Origin: Coprothermobacterota bacterium
GTDB taxonomy: Bacteria; Coprothermobacterota; HKB111
NCBI GenBank assembly: GCA_037440465.1
Contig: JBBIUB010000003.1
Span: 1 to 64,000, forward strand
Direction of reading: 5' to 3'
DNA length: 64,000 bases
The translations under genes and the position numbers were made by a program. This document shows, piece after piece, positions 1 through 10,385 of this stretch (within the stretch, counting starts at the first letter, position 1; each line of letters begins with the position of its first letter). The notes under the pieces are model-generated. The model did not search any database. It worked only from the letters and a program-made list of their open reading frames with translations, and was not told where the DNA came from.

Positions 1-53
1 ATGGTTCCCACATTAAGATGGGGTTTCTTTCTAACAAACTTTGCTTTGCTCAT
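1..53 (-). CDS. tuf: Elongation factor Tu, 5' end (runs off the window)
   Basis: Reverse strand reads MSKAKFVRKKPHLNVGT, the EF-Tu N-terminus; AGGAGG Shine-Dalgarno at 65-70; follows fusA. Not in the ORF track. Confidence 0.95.
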   Translation of the reverse strand, partial: MSKAKFVRKKPHLNVGT

Positions 54-80
54 AAAAAATAATTCCTCCTTTCATATACT

Positions 81-2132
81 TTATACAGAACCTAATATTT
101 CCGCTTGTACAAGAGAGGGAACCTCCTTGTACTGTGCAAACTCCATATTAAAAGCACCCCTACCTTGAGTAAGGGAGCGAAGAATAGTAACATAACCAAA
201 GGTTTCTTTCAAGGGGACCTTAGCAGAAATAATTCTCGTATGACCATGAACCTCTATTCCCTGCAAATCCGCGCGGCGACGACCAAGATCTGAAACCACG
301 ACACCAAGATACTCGTCAGGAACTATTATCTCAAAAAACATTATAGGTTCGAGAAGAGCTGGTGAAGCTTTTTTCATTCCTTCTTTAACAGCTCTTGCAC
401 CAGCAATCCGAAAAGCAAGAGCTGACGAATCCACGGGATGATAAGAACCATCTATTAAAACAACTCTTACATTAACAACAGGATAACCAGCAAGTACACC
501 AGATTCAAGGGATTGATTTATACCTTCTTCAACTGAAGGGATATACTCAGTTGGAATTACCCCCTCTCTAATCTCATTAACAAATTCATTATCTTTTCCA
601 TCCTGTTGTGGTTCAATTCTGAGATAAACATCTGCGTACTGACCCTTCCCACCTGTTTGTTTTATATGTTTATACCTAATAGTAGAAGAAGATGTTACTG
701 TTTCCCTATAAGATACTTGAGGATTGCCGATTTTAACATCTACCCCAAATTCTCTCTTAAGTCTATCTGATATTATTTCAAGGTGCAGTTCCCCCATCCC
801 ATATATTATGGTTTGACCTGTCTCAGTATCAATCTTTCTTTTAAAGGTTGGGTCTTCATCTGCAAGCTTTGAGAGAGCAAGAGATAATGAGTTTAGATCT
901 TCTCTGCTTTTTGGTTCTACAGCAATAGAAACAACAGAAATAGGAATATGAAGGGTTTCAAGAAGAATAGGCTCCGTTTCGTCAGAGAGTGTATCCCCTG
1001 TAGAAGTAAATCTGAATCCCACTACTGCTCCAAGATCTCCTGCTTCTATCTCAAGGACTTCTTCACGCTGATTTGCGTGCATTCTTAAGAGTCTAGCTAC
1101 TCTTTCTTTTTCTTTTCGGCTACTATTATAGATGTATGAACCAGCTCTAATTGAACCAGAATAAACCCTTACATAAGTTAATCTTCCGACATAGGGATCT
1201 GTAACCACTTTAAAGGCAAGCGCTGAAAGTGGTGCTTCCTTAAGAGGTGGTCTTTCCTCAACTTGATGAGTTATGGGATTAACCCCTTTTACTGGTGGGA
1301 TATCCAGAGGAGAAGGCAAGTATTGTACTATTGCATCTAAAAGAGGTTGAATGCCTTTGTTCCTGAAAGAAGAACCGCAAAGAACAGGGACACATTTCAG
1401 GTTTATTGTGGCGTTTCTCAAAACATCGTATATCTCTTCTATTTCTATCTCTTTTCCTTCGAGATATTTAACCATCAGGTCATCTTTAAACTCACTTAAT
1501 TTCTCAAGTAATTCATCATGATAATATAAAGCTTTATCTCTAAATTCATCAGGTATTTCATCTTCGTGAGAAGTCAACCCCAAATCATCATCATAAATAA
1601 TTGCTTTCATCCTGACAAGATCAATGATACCGTTAAATCTATCTTCTTGTCCCAATGGAAGAAATAAAACTATTGTTGGAACATCCAGTTTTTTTCGAAG
1701 TGACTCCACTGCTCTTTCAAAATCCGCACTTACTCGGTCGATTTTATTAACATATACTAAGCGGGGAATTTGATAGCGATCAGCTTGACGCCAGACGGTT
1801 TCAGATTGAGTTTCTACACCAGCGACACCACATATAACTACAACAGCTCCATCCAGAACTCTTAGTGAACGCTCAACTTCAATAGTAAAATCCACGTGCC
1901 CTGGTGTATCTATAATATTAATTTGATAACCTTTCCATAAACAGGTTGTTACTGCTGCTTTGATTGTAATACCACGCTCTCTCTCTTGAGCCATAAAATC
2001 CATTTGAGATGTACCACTATCTACATCACCAGGTTTATGAATCTTGCCTGTATAAAAAAGCAATCTTTCAGTAGTAGTAGTTTTTCCAGCGTCTATATGA
2101 GCAATAATACCTATGTTTCTGGTTTTCTCCAA
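81..2132 (-). CDS. fusA: Elongation factor G (str operon copy)
   Basis: AHIDAGKTT, RGITI, DTPGHVDF, GMGELHL motifs. Start moved to the TTG at 2132 just after the rpsG stop; the ORF-track start at 2234 lies inside rpsG. Confidence 0.96.
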   Translation of the reverse strand: MEKTRNIGIIAHIDAGKTTTTERLLFYTGKIHKPGDVDSGTSQMDFMAQERERGITIKAAVTTCLWKGYQINIIDTPGHVDFTIEVERSLRVLDGAVVVICGVAGVETQSETVWRQADRYQIPRLVYVNKIDRVSADFERAVESLRKKLDVPTIVLFLPLGQEDRFNGIIDLVRMKAIIYDDDLGLTSHEDEIPDEFRDKALYYHDELLEKLSEFKDDLMVKYLEGKEIEIEEIYDVLRNATINLKCVPVLCGSSFRNKGIQPLLDAIVQYLPSPLDIPPVKGVNPITHQVEERPPLKEAPLSALAFKVVTDPYVGRLTYVRVYSGSIRAGSYIYNSSRKEKERVARLLRMHANQREEVLEIEAGDLGAVVGFRFTSTGDTLSDETEPILLETLHIPISVVSIAVEPKSREDLNSLSLALSKLADEDPTFKRKIDTETGQTIIYGMGELHLEIISDRLKREFGVDVKIGNPQVSYRETVTSSSTIRYKHIKQTGGKGQYADVYLRIEPQQDGKDNEFVNEIREGVIPTEYIPSVEEGINQSLESGVLAGYPVVNVRVVLIDGSYHPVDSSALAFRIAGARAVKEGMKKASPALLEPIMFFEIIVPDEYLGVVVSDLGRRRADLQGIEVHGHTRIISAKVPLKETFGYVTILRSLTQGRGAFNMEFAQYKEVPSLVQAEILGSV

Positions 2133-2139
2133 GACATTA

Positions 2140-2616
2140 TCACCACCTGAAATGAGCAAAAGCTCTGTTAGCTTCTGCTGCTTTGTGGATATCCTCCTTT
2201 TTCTTAACAGCTCCACCCAGATTATTGCAGGCATCCATTAATTCACCTGCTAATTTCTCATAAGCCCTTCTCTGTGTTCCACTTCTTTTACGAGTAGCTG
2301 ATACTATCCACTTCATAGCAAGTGATAATCCCTTTTTATAAGGAACCTCAGTAGGAACCTGATAAGTAGCACCACCAACTCTTCTTGGTTTCACTGCTAC
2401 AAGAGGTTTTACATTATTAACTGCCTTTTCCAACATCACAATACCTTCTTGTTGGGTTTTTTCCACAATCAGGTCCAGCGCATTATAAACTATTTTTTCT
2501 GCAAGAGACCTTTTACCCTTCAACATAAGGTGATTGATAAGTTTTGTAACCAGGATGTTGTTATAAACTGGATCTGGTACAAGCTCACGTTTAACTGTAA
2601 TTCCCCTTCTGGGCAC
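2140..2616 (-). CDS. rpsG: 30S ribosomal protein S7
   Basis: MPRRG start, RRVGGATYQVP, AEANRAFAHFRW end; between rpsL and fusA. Confidence 0.98.
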   Translation of the reverse strand: MPRRGITVKRELVPDPVYNNILVTKLINHLMLKGKRSLAEKIVYNALDLIVEKTQQEGIVMLEKAVNNVKPLVAVKPRRVGGATYQVPTEVPYKKGLSLAMKWIVSATRKRSGTQRRAYEKLAGELMDACNNLGGAVKKKEDIHKAAEANRAFAHFRW

Positions 2617-2618
2617 TT

Positions 2619-3008
2619 CTATCTACCCCCCTTTCCTTTCTTGGGTAACTTAACTCCGTATTTTGAACGACTTTTCTCTCGTCCCTCAACTCCACTTGTA
2701 TCAAGAGTTCCTCTGATCAGATGATAACGAATACCTGGAAGGTCTCTAACCCTTCCACCCCTCACCAGAACAACGGAATGCTCCTGTAAATTATGACCAA
2801 TACCAGGTATATAAGTAGTTACTTCTATCCTGTTAGAAAGTCTCACTCTGGCTACTTTTCTCAGTGCAGAGTTAGGTTTCTTGGGAGTCATGGTATATAC
2901 TCTTACACAAATACCCCGTTTCTGAGGATTACTCTCAAGAGCAGGTGATTTAGTTTTGCTTGTAGGTGTCTTCCTACCTTTTTTTATAAGCTGGCTAAAA
3001 GTGGGCAT
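2619..3008 (-). CDS. rpsL: 30S ribosomal protein S12
   Basis: [10 protein letters not shown] and [17 protein letters not shown] motifs; GGAGG SD. Confidence 0.98.
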   Translation of the reverse strand: MPTFSQLIKKGRKTPTSKTKSPALESNPQKRGICVRVYTMTPKKPNSALRKVARVRLSNRIEVTTYIPGIGHNLQEHSVVLVRGGRVRDLPGIRYHLIRGTLDTSGVEGREKSRSKYGVKLPKKGKGGR

Positions 3009-3052
3009 AAATAAAAACTACCTCCATTTTTATTAGGATATTTTAACACCTC

Positions 3053-6000
3053 TTATCCAATTATGTCAAGTTCACTCGTTTCTACGCTAAATTTCTTGTA
3101 AGAGGGGTGGCCTGTACCTGCTGGCATTAGTCTCCCAAGAATAACATTCTCTTTTAATCCTCTTAAATCATCTACTTTACCTTTTATAGCAGCATCAGTT
3201 AATACTCTTGTTGTTTCCTGAAAAGAAGCTGCTGATAGAAAACTTTCTGTTACTAAAGCAGCCTTTGTTATACCAAAAAGAGCAAGCTTAGCTTGGGGTC
3301 TTTTAAGACCTTGAGCTTCCAAGTGATTACCTATTTCTTCGAATTGCAGTCTATCCACCAATTCACCAGCGAAAAACTTGGAACTACCTGGATCATCTAC
3401 AATCACTTTCTTTAACATCTGTTTAATAATTACTTCTAAATGCACATCACTAATATCTACTTTTTGGCCTTTATATACCCTCTGAATCTCTCTTAAAAAG
3501 TAGTATCTAACATCATCTAATCCGTATACTTCCAAAACTTTATGAGGATTGATACCGCCTTCAGTAAGACGTTGACCTTCTTTTACTTCATCTCCATCCC
3601 AGATTTCGATTTCCTGTCCAAAACTCACATCATACTCGTATTTCTGCCCGTCATCGGTGCTTACTACTATCTTCCTCTTTCCCTCTTCCTGAACAATTCT
3701 TGCTTTCCCCGCACCTTCTGAAACGACTGCTTCTTTTTTAGGACGACGTGCTTCAAATAGTTCCTCTACTCTGGGTAATCCCCGGGTTATATCCTCAGCA
3801 GCTACACCTCCGGTGTGGAAAGTACGCATGGTTAGCTGGGTACCTGGTTCGCCTATAGATTGAGCTGCTATTACTCCTACAGCCTCCCCTATCTCTACTA
3901 ATCTTTGAGTAGCAGGACTTAATCCATAACAGGTAGAACAAACACCATTTACACTCTTACAAGTTAAGATAGATCGTATTTTTACAGATTTAACATCTGC
4001 TTCTCCTATTTCATGTGATTTTTTTCTTGTAATTGGCTCGCCAACTCGGACAAGTATTTCCGCAGTTATAGGATGAACCACATCTTCAGCAACAACTCTT
4101 CCCCAGATTCTTTCCTCCAAAGTTTCAATTACGTTTCTACCATCAACGATTTCAGATACTTCAAGACTATCTACAGTTTGGCGTACGAGAACTTCTTTTA
4201 TTCCTGCCTCTTCAATCTTTTGAGCTTGTTGCAGAGTAATTATCTCGCCTACCTTTACTAATATCTCACCAGTTTTAGGATCTTTAACTTCTTCAAGTGC
4301 TTCTTTAGAAAGAAGTCTAGCACTGAGAGGAAGAACGAGCCTATCACCTTTCTTCAAAGCTCTAACTTTAGTAACAGCACAATCTATTTCGCTTATAACA
4401 GCTTCATGCGCTACATCTACTAATCTTCGGGTAAGATAGCCAGCATCAGCAGTTTTTAAAGCAGTGTCAGCTAAGCCTTTTCTACCTCCATGAGTAGATA
4501 TAAAATATTCTAAAACCTTCAAGCCATCCAGAAAAGAAGATTTAATTGGAAACTCAATTGTTCTTCCTGTTGGATCAGTCATAAGACCTCTTACTCCAAC
4601 TAATTGACTGACCTGATCTCTGTTTCCTCTTGCTCCAGAAGTAAACATCATATAAAGATTATCAAAATCATGGAAATTTCTGACTACTGCCTCAGCAATT
4701 TTCCTTCTTGTTTCATCCCATGTTTTAACAACTTTTCTATATCGTTCTTCAGATGAAAGTCTTCCATATCGATACTCTTTCTCAAGGAACTTAACTTCTT
4801 CTTCCCCCTCTTTAAGCAATCCTTCTTTTTCAGGAGGGACTTTCATATCAGAAATACTGATAGTAGCCCCGCCCATGGTTGAATATTTGAATCCCAGCAT
4901 TTTAAGAGCATCTAATAAAACTGCTGTTTTAGTGGGACCAAAAGTTTCGTAAGAGTCATAAATTACGTTTTGTAAGGCTTTTTTATCATATACTGAATTA
5001 AGGTAGGGGAAATTTACACCCATTTTTGTCCCGAGAGCTTCGTTCACTGCAAGATTGAATATCAATCTACCAGGAGTAGTTATTATCTGGTTGCCATTTA
5101 GAAGAATTTTTATTCTTTCGTGTAAACCAATAAGATCTATTTCATATGCATAAACAGCTTCTTCTGGACTCGCATACACCTTTTCTTCATCTTGTGAATC
5201 TCTTTCGGTTTCCAATGTCATATAATAACAACCAAGAACAATATCCTGTGTAGGAGAGACAAGAGGTCTACCGTTAGCCGGACTTAAAAGATTATAATTG
5301 GATAGCATGAGTAACCTTGCCTCAGATTGTGCCTGAGGTGAAAGAGGAACATGTACTGCCATCTGGTCGCCATCAAAATCAGCATTGAATGGAGGGCACA
5401 CCATAGGATGAATACGTATAGCTTTACCCTCTCCTAATATTGGTTCAAAAGCTTGAATACTCGCTCTATGAAGTGTTGGTGCCCTGTTTAGGAGAACTAA
5501 TTGTTCTTTACATACATCTTCCAGAACTGACCATACTTTCTCGTCTCTTCTATCAATAAGGCGTTTTGCACCTTTTTCGTTACTGGCATGCTCCCCCAAA
5601 ATAAGCTCATGAATGACAAAGGGTTTAAATAGCTCAAGAGCCATTTCTTTAGGTAAACCACATTGATGTAATTTAAGTTCAGGCCCAACCACAATAACAG
5701 ACCTACCAGAATAATCAACTCTCTTGCCAAGTAGATTCTGTCTGAACCTACCCTGTTTACCTCTTAGTATTTCTGAAAGGCTCCTTAAGGGTTTGTTATG
5801 GCTTCCCATAATAGGCCTAACTCTCTTTGAATTATCTATAAGAGCATCGACCGCCTCCTGCAACATTCTTTTCTCGTTACGTATAATGATGTCAGGAGCA
5901 CCAACTTCTATAAGCTTTTTTAATCGATTATTCCTGTTAATAACTCTTCTATACAGATCATTAAGATCAGAAGAAGCAAACCTTCCACTATCCAGATGAA

Positions 6001-6745
6001 TGAGTGGCCTTAAATCAGGTGGTATAACAGGCAAAATATCCAGGACCATCCATTCTGGACGATTACCGGCTATTTTAAAAGCTTCCAAAAGTTCAAGCTT
6101 CCTAACTATTCTGCTCCGTCTTTGTCCCTTGGTTGCACTATATTCTTTTCTTAATTCTAATATTGTTTCATCAAGATCAATATTTCTAAGGACATCTCTT
6201 ATAGCTTCTCCACCCATTCCAACCACCAGGTCAGGATACTGTTTCAGGTACTCCTTGTAAGCCTCCTCTTCAAGCGCTTGACCTGCTTTCAAGGGTGAAG
6301 AACCCGGTTTTATGACCAAATAAGTGCCATAATAAATAACCCTTTCAAGAATCATTGGAGATAGTTCAAGTAAAATCCCAAGTTTACTGGGAATGCTCTT
6401 AAGATACCAGGAGTGAACGACTGTCGAAAAGAGTTTAATATGACCCATACGCTCACGCCGAACTTTAGAACTTGTTATCTCAACTCCACACTTCTCGCAA
6501 ATAACCCCTTTATAACGCATGCCTTTATATTTACCACAATGGCACTCATAATCTCTGGTAGGGCCAAAAATTTTCTCACAGAAAAGACCATCTGGTTCAG
6601 GACGTAAGGTTCTATAATTAATAGTTTCTGATTTACTTACTTCTCCATATGACCACGACTCGATTTCTTGTGGAGAAACAATCTTCAATTTTATCGCATC
6701 AAAAGAAGGATTAGATGATAGATCCGGTTCTTTTAATTTATTCAT
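3053..6745 (-). CDS. rpoC: DNA-directed RNA polymerase beta' subunit
   Basis: NADFDGDQM catalytic motif, N-terminal Zn finger, GKRVDYSGRS, QLTMRTFH trigger loop. Confidence 0.99.
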   Translation of the reverse strand: MNKLKEPDLSSNPSFDAIKLKIVSPQEIESWSYGEVSKSETINYRTLRPEPDGLFCEKIFGPTRDYECHCGKYKGMRYKGVICEKCGVEITSSKVRRERMGHIKLFSTVVHSWYLKSIPSKLGILLELSPMILERVIYYGTYLVIKPGSSPLKAGQALEEEAYKEYLKQYPDLVVGMGGEAIRDVLRNIDLDETILELRKEYSATKGQRRSRIVRKLELLEAFKIAGNRPEWMVLDILPVIPPDLRPLIHLDSGRFASSDLNDLYRRVINRNNRLKKLIEVGAPDIIIRNEKRMLQEAVDALIDNSKRVRPIMGSHNKPLRSLSEILRGKQGRFRQNLLGKRVDYSGRSVIVVGPELKLHQCGLPKEMALELFKPFVIHELILGEHASNEKGAKRLIDRRDEKVWSVLEDVCKEQLVLLNRAPTLHRASIQAFEPILGEGKAIRIHPMVCPPFNADFDGDQMAVHVPLSPQAQSEARLLMLSNYNLLSPANGRPLVSPTQDIVLGCYYMTLETERDSQDEEKVYASPEEAVYAYEIDLIGLHERIKILLNGNQIITTPGRLIFNLAVNEALGTKMGVNFPYLNSVYDKKALQNVIYDSYETFGPTKTAVLLDALKMLGFKYSTMGGATISISDMKVPPEKEGLLKEGEEEVKFLEKEYRYGRLSSEERYRKVVKTWDETRRKIAEAVVRNFHDFDNLYMMFTSGARGNRDQVSQLVGVRGLMTDPTGRTIEFPIKSSFLDGLKVLEYFISTHGGRKGLADTALKTADAGYLTRRLVDVAHEAVISEIDCAVTKVRALKKGDRLVLPLSARLLSKEALEEVKDPKTGEILVKVGEIITLQQAQKIEEAGIKEVLVRQTVDSLEVSEIVDGRNVIETLEERIWGRVVAEDVVHPITAEILVRVGEPITRKKSHEIGEADVKSVKIRSILTCKSVNGVCSTCYGLSPATQRLVEIGEAVGVIAAQSIGEPGTQLTMRTFHTGGVAAEDITRGLPRVEELFEARRPKKEAVVSEGAGKARIVQEEGKRKIVVSTDDGQKYEYDVSFGQEIEIWDGDEVKEGQRLTEGGINPHKVLEVYGLDDVRYYFLREIQRVYKGQKVDISDVHLEVIIKQMLKKVIVDDPGSSKFFAGELVDRLQFEEIGNHLEAQGLKRPQAKLALFGITKAALVTESFLSAASFQETTRVLTDAAIKGKVDDLRGLKENVILGRLMPAGTGHPSYKKFSVETSELDIIG

Positions 6746-6746
6746 G

Positions 6747-9700
6747 TTATTCTTCTCCCTCTAAAAATAGTGAAACAGATACTTTCTCCCCATTTCTTAC
6801 CAGTGGTAATTTAAGCGTTGTTTTTGGTTGTTCTTCACTTAATAAAACTACATCCAGTCCAAGGCTTCTGAGTTCCTGGATTAGTACCTTAAAAGATTCT
6901 GGACAACCAGGGGTAGAAACCTTCTCACCCTTTACGATATCTCTGAAAGTTCTATTCCTACCACTTATATCATCTGATTTAATAGTAAGCATCTCTTGAA
7001 GTGTATAAGCTGCCCCATGGCCTTCCAAAGCCCAGACTTCCATTTCTCCAAACCTCTGACCTCCAAAGTGGGATTTACCACCTAAAGGTTGTTGGGTAAT
7101 AAGAGAGTAGGGGCCTATAGCTCTTGCGTGAATCTTATCTTCAACAAGGTGTATCAATTTAAACATATACATTCTTCCAATACTTATTTTGTTAATAAAC
7201 GGGTGCCCTGTTCTACCGTCTCGCAAGATAACCTTGCCCTCTTCAGGAAGTCCAGCCATACTTAACATTTTTTTTACTTCATTAATCTTGGGTCCATCGA
7301 AGATTGGGATGGCAAAACGAACACCAAGTATATGAGCAACCAAACCCAGATACATCTCCAATATCTGACCAACATTCATTCTGGAAGGGACACCTAAAGG
7401 ATTAAGAACCATATCTACAGGAGTCCCGTCTTCTAAAAAAGGCATATCTGCTTCGCTTAGAATTTTAGCAACAACTCCTTTATTCCCATGCCTTCCAGCC
7501 ATCTTATCTCCAACAGTTATTTTTCTTTTTTGAGCAACTCTTACTTTAACGGATTTCAAAACTCCAGATGGAAGTTCATCTCTTTCCTCAATTGAGCGAA
7601 CGGAAGCTCCTACAACTATTCCCTGTTCACCAGGAGGTAGTCTTAAAGAAGTATTCTTTACGCTGCTGGCTTTCTCTCCAAAAATAGCCCTTAAAATTCT
7701 ATCTTCTGGACTAAGCTCACCTTCGCCTCGCGGAGAAACTTTTCCTACAAGAATATCTCCTGCTTTTACTTCAGCACCAATTCTTACAATTCCGTTTTCA
7801 TCTAAATCTTTGAGGGCTTCCTCGCTTTCTCCTGGAATATCATTAGTTATTTCCTCTTGTCCTACTTTTAATTCTCTCGTATGAACTTCATATTCTTCCA
7901 TATGAAGAGAAGTAAAAACATCATCTTTAACAAGTCTTTCACTGATTATAATTGCATCTTCGTAGTTATAACCTTCCCAAATCATGAAAGCAACAAGAAT
8001 ATTTCTACCGAGAGACAACTCTCCTTGAGAAGTAGCTTGACTGTCTGCTAAGATATGTCCTTTCTCAACTTTCTGACCTTTTTCCACCACAGGGAACTGA
8101 TTAAAAACAGTGCTTTGATTTGTACGTAGTAATTTGGCAAGGGTATAGTCATTCCTGTTCCCTTCATTAGCCAACACTGAAATCTTCGAAGCATCTACAT
8201 AATCTACTACACCAGATTCTGATGAAAGTACAACTTCACCGGAATCCATGGCAACTTTCTTTTCCAATCCTGTTCCCACCAGAGGAGGTTCTGGATAAAG
8301 TAGAGGTACGGCCTGTCTGTACATGTTGGAGCCCATCAGAGCACGGTTTGCATCATCATGTTCGAGAAATGGTATAAGAGCTGCTGAAATGCTGAAAACC
8401 TGCTTTGGCGAAACATCTATAAGGTCTACTTTTTCCTTATGTACGCTTATTAGGTCAGCACCTTTTCTTATCATAATCTCATCAACAAGAATGTTCCCAT
8501 CTTCATCCATAGGGGTAGTAGCATCAGCAATGTGATAGTTCCTTTCTTCGTCTGCAGTAAGATGCACGAGTTCTTGTGTTCTTCGCCCTGCTATTACTTT
8601 AAAGTAAGGTGTTAACAAAAATCCATGCTCATTGGTAAAACTATAAGTTGCAAGAGAGTTTATTAGCCCAATATTGGCACCCTCTGGAGTTTCAATTGGA
8701 CATATACGACCATAGTGAGAATGATGTACATCTCTTACTTCTATGCCAGCTCTCTCTCTGTGTAATCCGCCTGGCCCAAGAGAACTTAATCTACGTTTAT
8801 GTGTAAGTGAAGCTAAAGGATTTATTTCATCAAGAAACTGGGATAATTGGCTTGTAGTAAAAAATTCCTTGCAAGCTGTAGTCAGTGGGCGCGAACTAAC
8901 CAGGCGAGTTGGCGACATATCTTGTAAAGTGGTTGTGGTCATCTTATCGCGTATAATTCGCTCGAGTTTTGCCAAACCCCCTTTAAGATGAGCTAATAGA
9001 AGTTCCCCTACAAGACGAACCCTTCTATTTCCCAGGTGGTCAATGTCATCAAAATAGCCTACTCCTTCATATAGGTTAATAATAACCCTTGTAATGGCAA
9101 TGAAGTCTTCTGGTGTTAATGTTGTTATATTGAGAGGGGTATTAAGACCGAGCCGTTTATTAAGTTTATAACGACCTGCAACTTTTAAATCGTTTCTCTT
9201 GGTTTCAAAAAGAAGTTGGTTCAGATATCTCTTTGCTGTATCAATATTATGCATCTCTCCAGGTTTAAGTTTTTTATAAATTTCCAGGTACGCCTCACCA
9301 CTACTTGTAATTGAATCCTTCTTGAGAGTAGCCTGCAAAGCTTTAGGAATATCATATTTAACTGCAGAAACTTTAATAAATCCCTTTTCTTTTAAGAGAG
9401 ATACTGAATGGTCGTTTAAAAGATTATCTTTTTCTTTAAGAACTTCTCTTATGTTTTCACTGATCTTACTTTCATGTAAATAACAATCTGGTGGGATCGA
9501 ATCATTATTCAAATCAAGCTCTATTTCTTCAGCAGCACTAAATGTTTTAATAATATCAAAAGAATTGCATTGTCCTATTGCTTTTAGGAGAGTAGTTATG
9601 GGGACACGACGACTTTTTTTATCCATACGAACCCACATTACCCCATTCATCTCCGTCTCAAAATCCATCCATGTGCCACGGTCTGGAATTAAAGAAGCTT

Positions 9701-10154
9701 TAATAAAAAGTGATCCAGGTTGTTCTTCAGGCACTTTTTCAAAATATATACCAGGCGAGCGAGTTAGTTGACCGACAACAACGCGTTGAGTGCCATTAAC
9801 AACAAACGTTCCAGACTTACTAATTAGCGGAATATTTGCCAGTATAACTTCTTGCTCTTTTATTTCACCGCTTGGAAGTTTTAACCTTGCAGTTGCTTTA
9901 AGTCTTCCTTGATAGGTTAGCCCTTTTTCCATCGCATCTTCAATAGAAATAGAAGAATCTTCAACTCGAGCTTGTGTTAGTTCCAGCACTGAACCGGCTT
10001 CTTTAATCGGACTTAAACCTTTGAGTAACTCATCTACTCCATCTCTTAAAAACATACGATATGAAGCTAATTGAAGCTCAAGAAAATTAGGGGCTTCATA
10101 AATTTCTTTTATCTTTCCTAAATTAACTACTTTAGTAAGTGCTGAAACAGCCAT
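6747..10154 (-). CDS. rpoB: DNA-directed RNA polymerase beta subunit
   Basis: SQLSQF..THKRRLS, CPIETPEG, GDKMAGRHGNKG, GQRFGEMEVWALE. Confidence 0.99.
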   Translation of the reverse strand: MAVSALTKVVNLGKIKEIYEAPNFLELQLASYRMFLRDGVDELLKGLSPIKEAGSVLELTQARVEDSSISIEDAMEKGLTYQGRLKATARLKLPSGEIKEQEVILANIPLISKSGTFVVNGTQRVVVGQLTRSPGIYFEKVPEEQPGSLFIKASLIPDRGTWMDFETEMNGVMWVRMDKKSRRVPITTLLKAIGQCNSFDIIKTFSAAEEIELDLNNDSIPPDCYLHESKISENIREVLKEKDNLLNDHSVSLLKEKGFIKVSAVKYDIPKALQATLKKDSITSSGEAYLEIYKKLKPGEMHNIDTAKRYLNQLLFETKRNDLKVAGRYKLNKRLGLNTPLNITTLTPEDFIAITRVIINLYEGVGYFDDIDHLGNRRVRLVGELLLAHLKGGLAKLERIIRDKMTTTTLQDMSPTRLVSSRPLTTACKEFFTTSQLSQFLDEINPLASLTHKRRLSSLGPGGLHRERAGIEVRDVHHSHYGRICPIETPEGANIGLINSLATYSFTNEHGFLLTPYFKVIAGRRTQELVHLTADEERNYHIADATTPMDEDGNILVDEIMIRKGADLISVHKEKVDLIDVSPKQVFSISAALIPFLEHDDANRALMGSNMYRQAVPLLYPEPPLVGTGLEKKVAMDSGEVVLSSESGVVDYVDASKISVLANEGNRNDYTLAKLLRTNQSTVFNQFPVVEKGQKVEKGHILADSQATSQGELSLGRNILVAFMIWEGYNYEDAIIISERLVKDDVFTSLHMEEYEVHTRELKVGQEEITNDIPGESEEALKDLDENGIVRIGAEVKAGDILVGKVSPRGEGELSPEDRILRAIFGEKASSVKNTSLRLPPGEQGIVVGASVRSIEERDELPSGVLKSVKVRVAQKRKITVGDKMAGRHGNKGVVAKILSEADMPFLEDGTPVDMVLNPLGVPSRMNVGQILEMYLGLVAHILGVRFAIPIFDGPKINEVKKMLSMAGLPEEGKVILRDGRTGHPFINKISIGRMYMFKLIHLVEDKIHARAIGPYSLITQQPLGGKSHFGGQRFGEMEVWALEGHGAAYTLQEMLTIKSDDISGRNRTFRDIVKGEKVSTPGCPESFKVLIQELRSLGLDVVLLSEEQPKTTLKLPLVRNGEKVSVSLFLEGEE

Positions 10155-10205
10155 TTAATCAATCACCTCAATATTTTTTATAATATTCGAGAGATATAAA
10201 AGGAT

Positions 10206-10214
10206 ATTATACCA
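10206..10214 (-). promoter_or_regulatory. Extended -10 promoter element (TGgTATAAT) for rpoBC
   Basis: TGGTATAAT about 50 nt upstream of the rpoB ATG; no clear -35. Confidence 0.55.
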
Positions 10215-10294
10215 TAAAATGGGAATTTTATATGAATAAATTTGATAAATGATCTCATTTATTCTACCATTTAGTTTCTAAACTAAAAGAATAA

Positions 10295-10381
10295 AAGGGG
10301 TCCGGCATTCTAAGATTCAAGTGGTAGTAAATTCAAATCCTTCACTTAAATCCTTAACCACTCGAATCCTTGAACCCTTCT
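10295..10381. repeat. Degenerate short-period repeat / imperfect hairpin between pilC and rpoB
   Basis: Three AATCCTT units plus GAACCCTT in 10335-10380; imperfectly complementary to AAGGGGTCC...ATTCAAGTG at 10295-10323. Confidence 0.5.
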
Positions 10382-10385
10382 AAAC

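Noticed and set aside
8770..8870. Possible rifampicin-resistance changes in RpoB cluster I (FFTTSQLSQFLDEINPLASLTHKRRLSSL)
   Set aside because: The main contact residues equivalent to Q513, D516, H526, R529 and S531 are intact.
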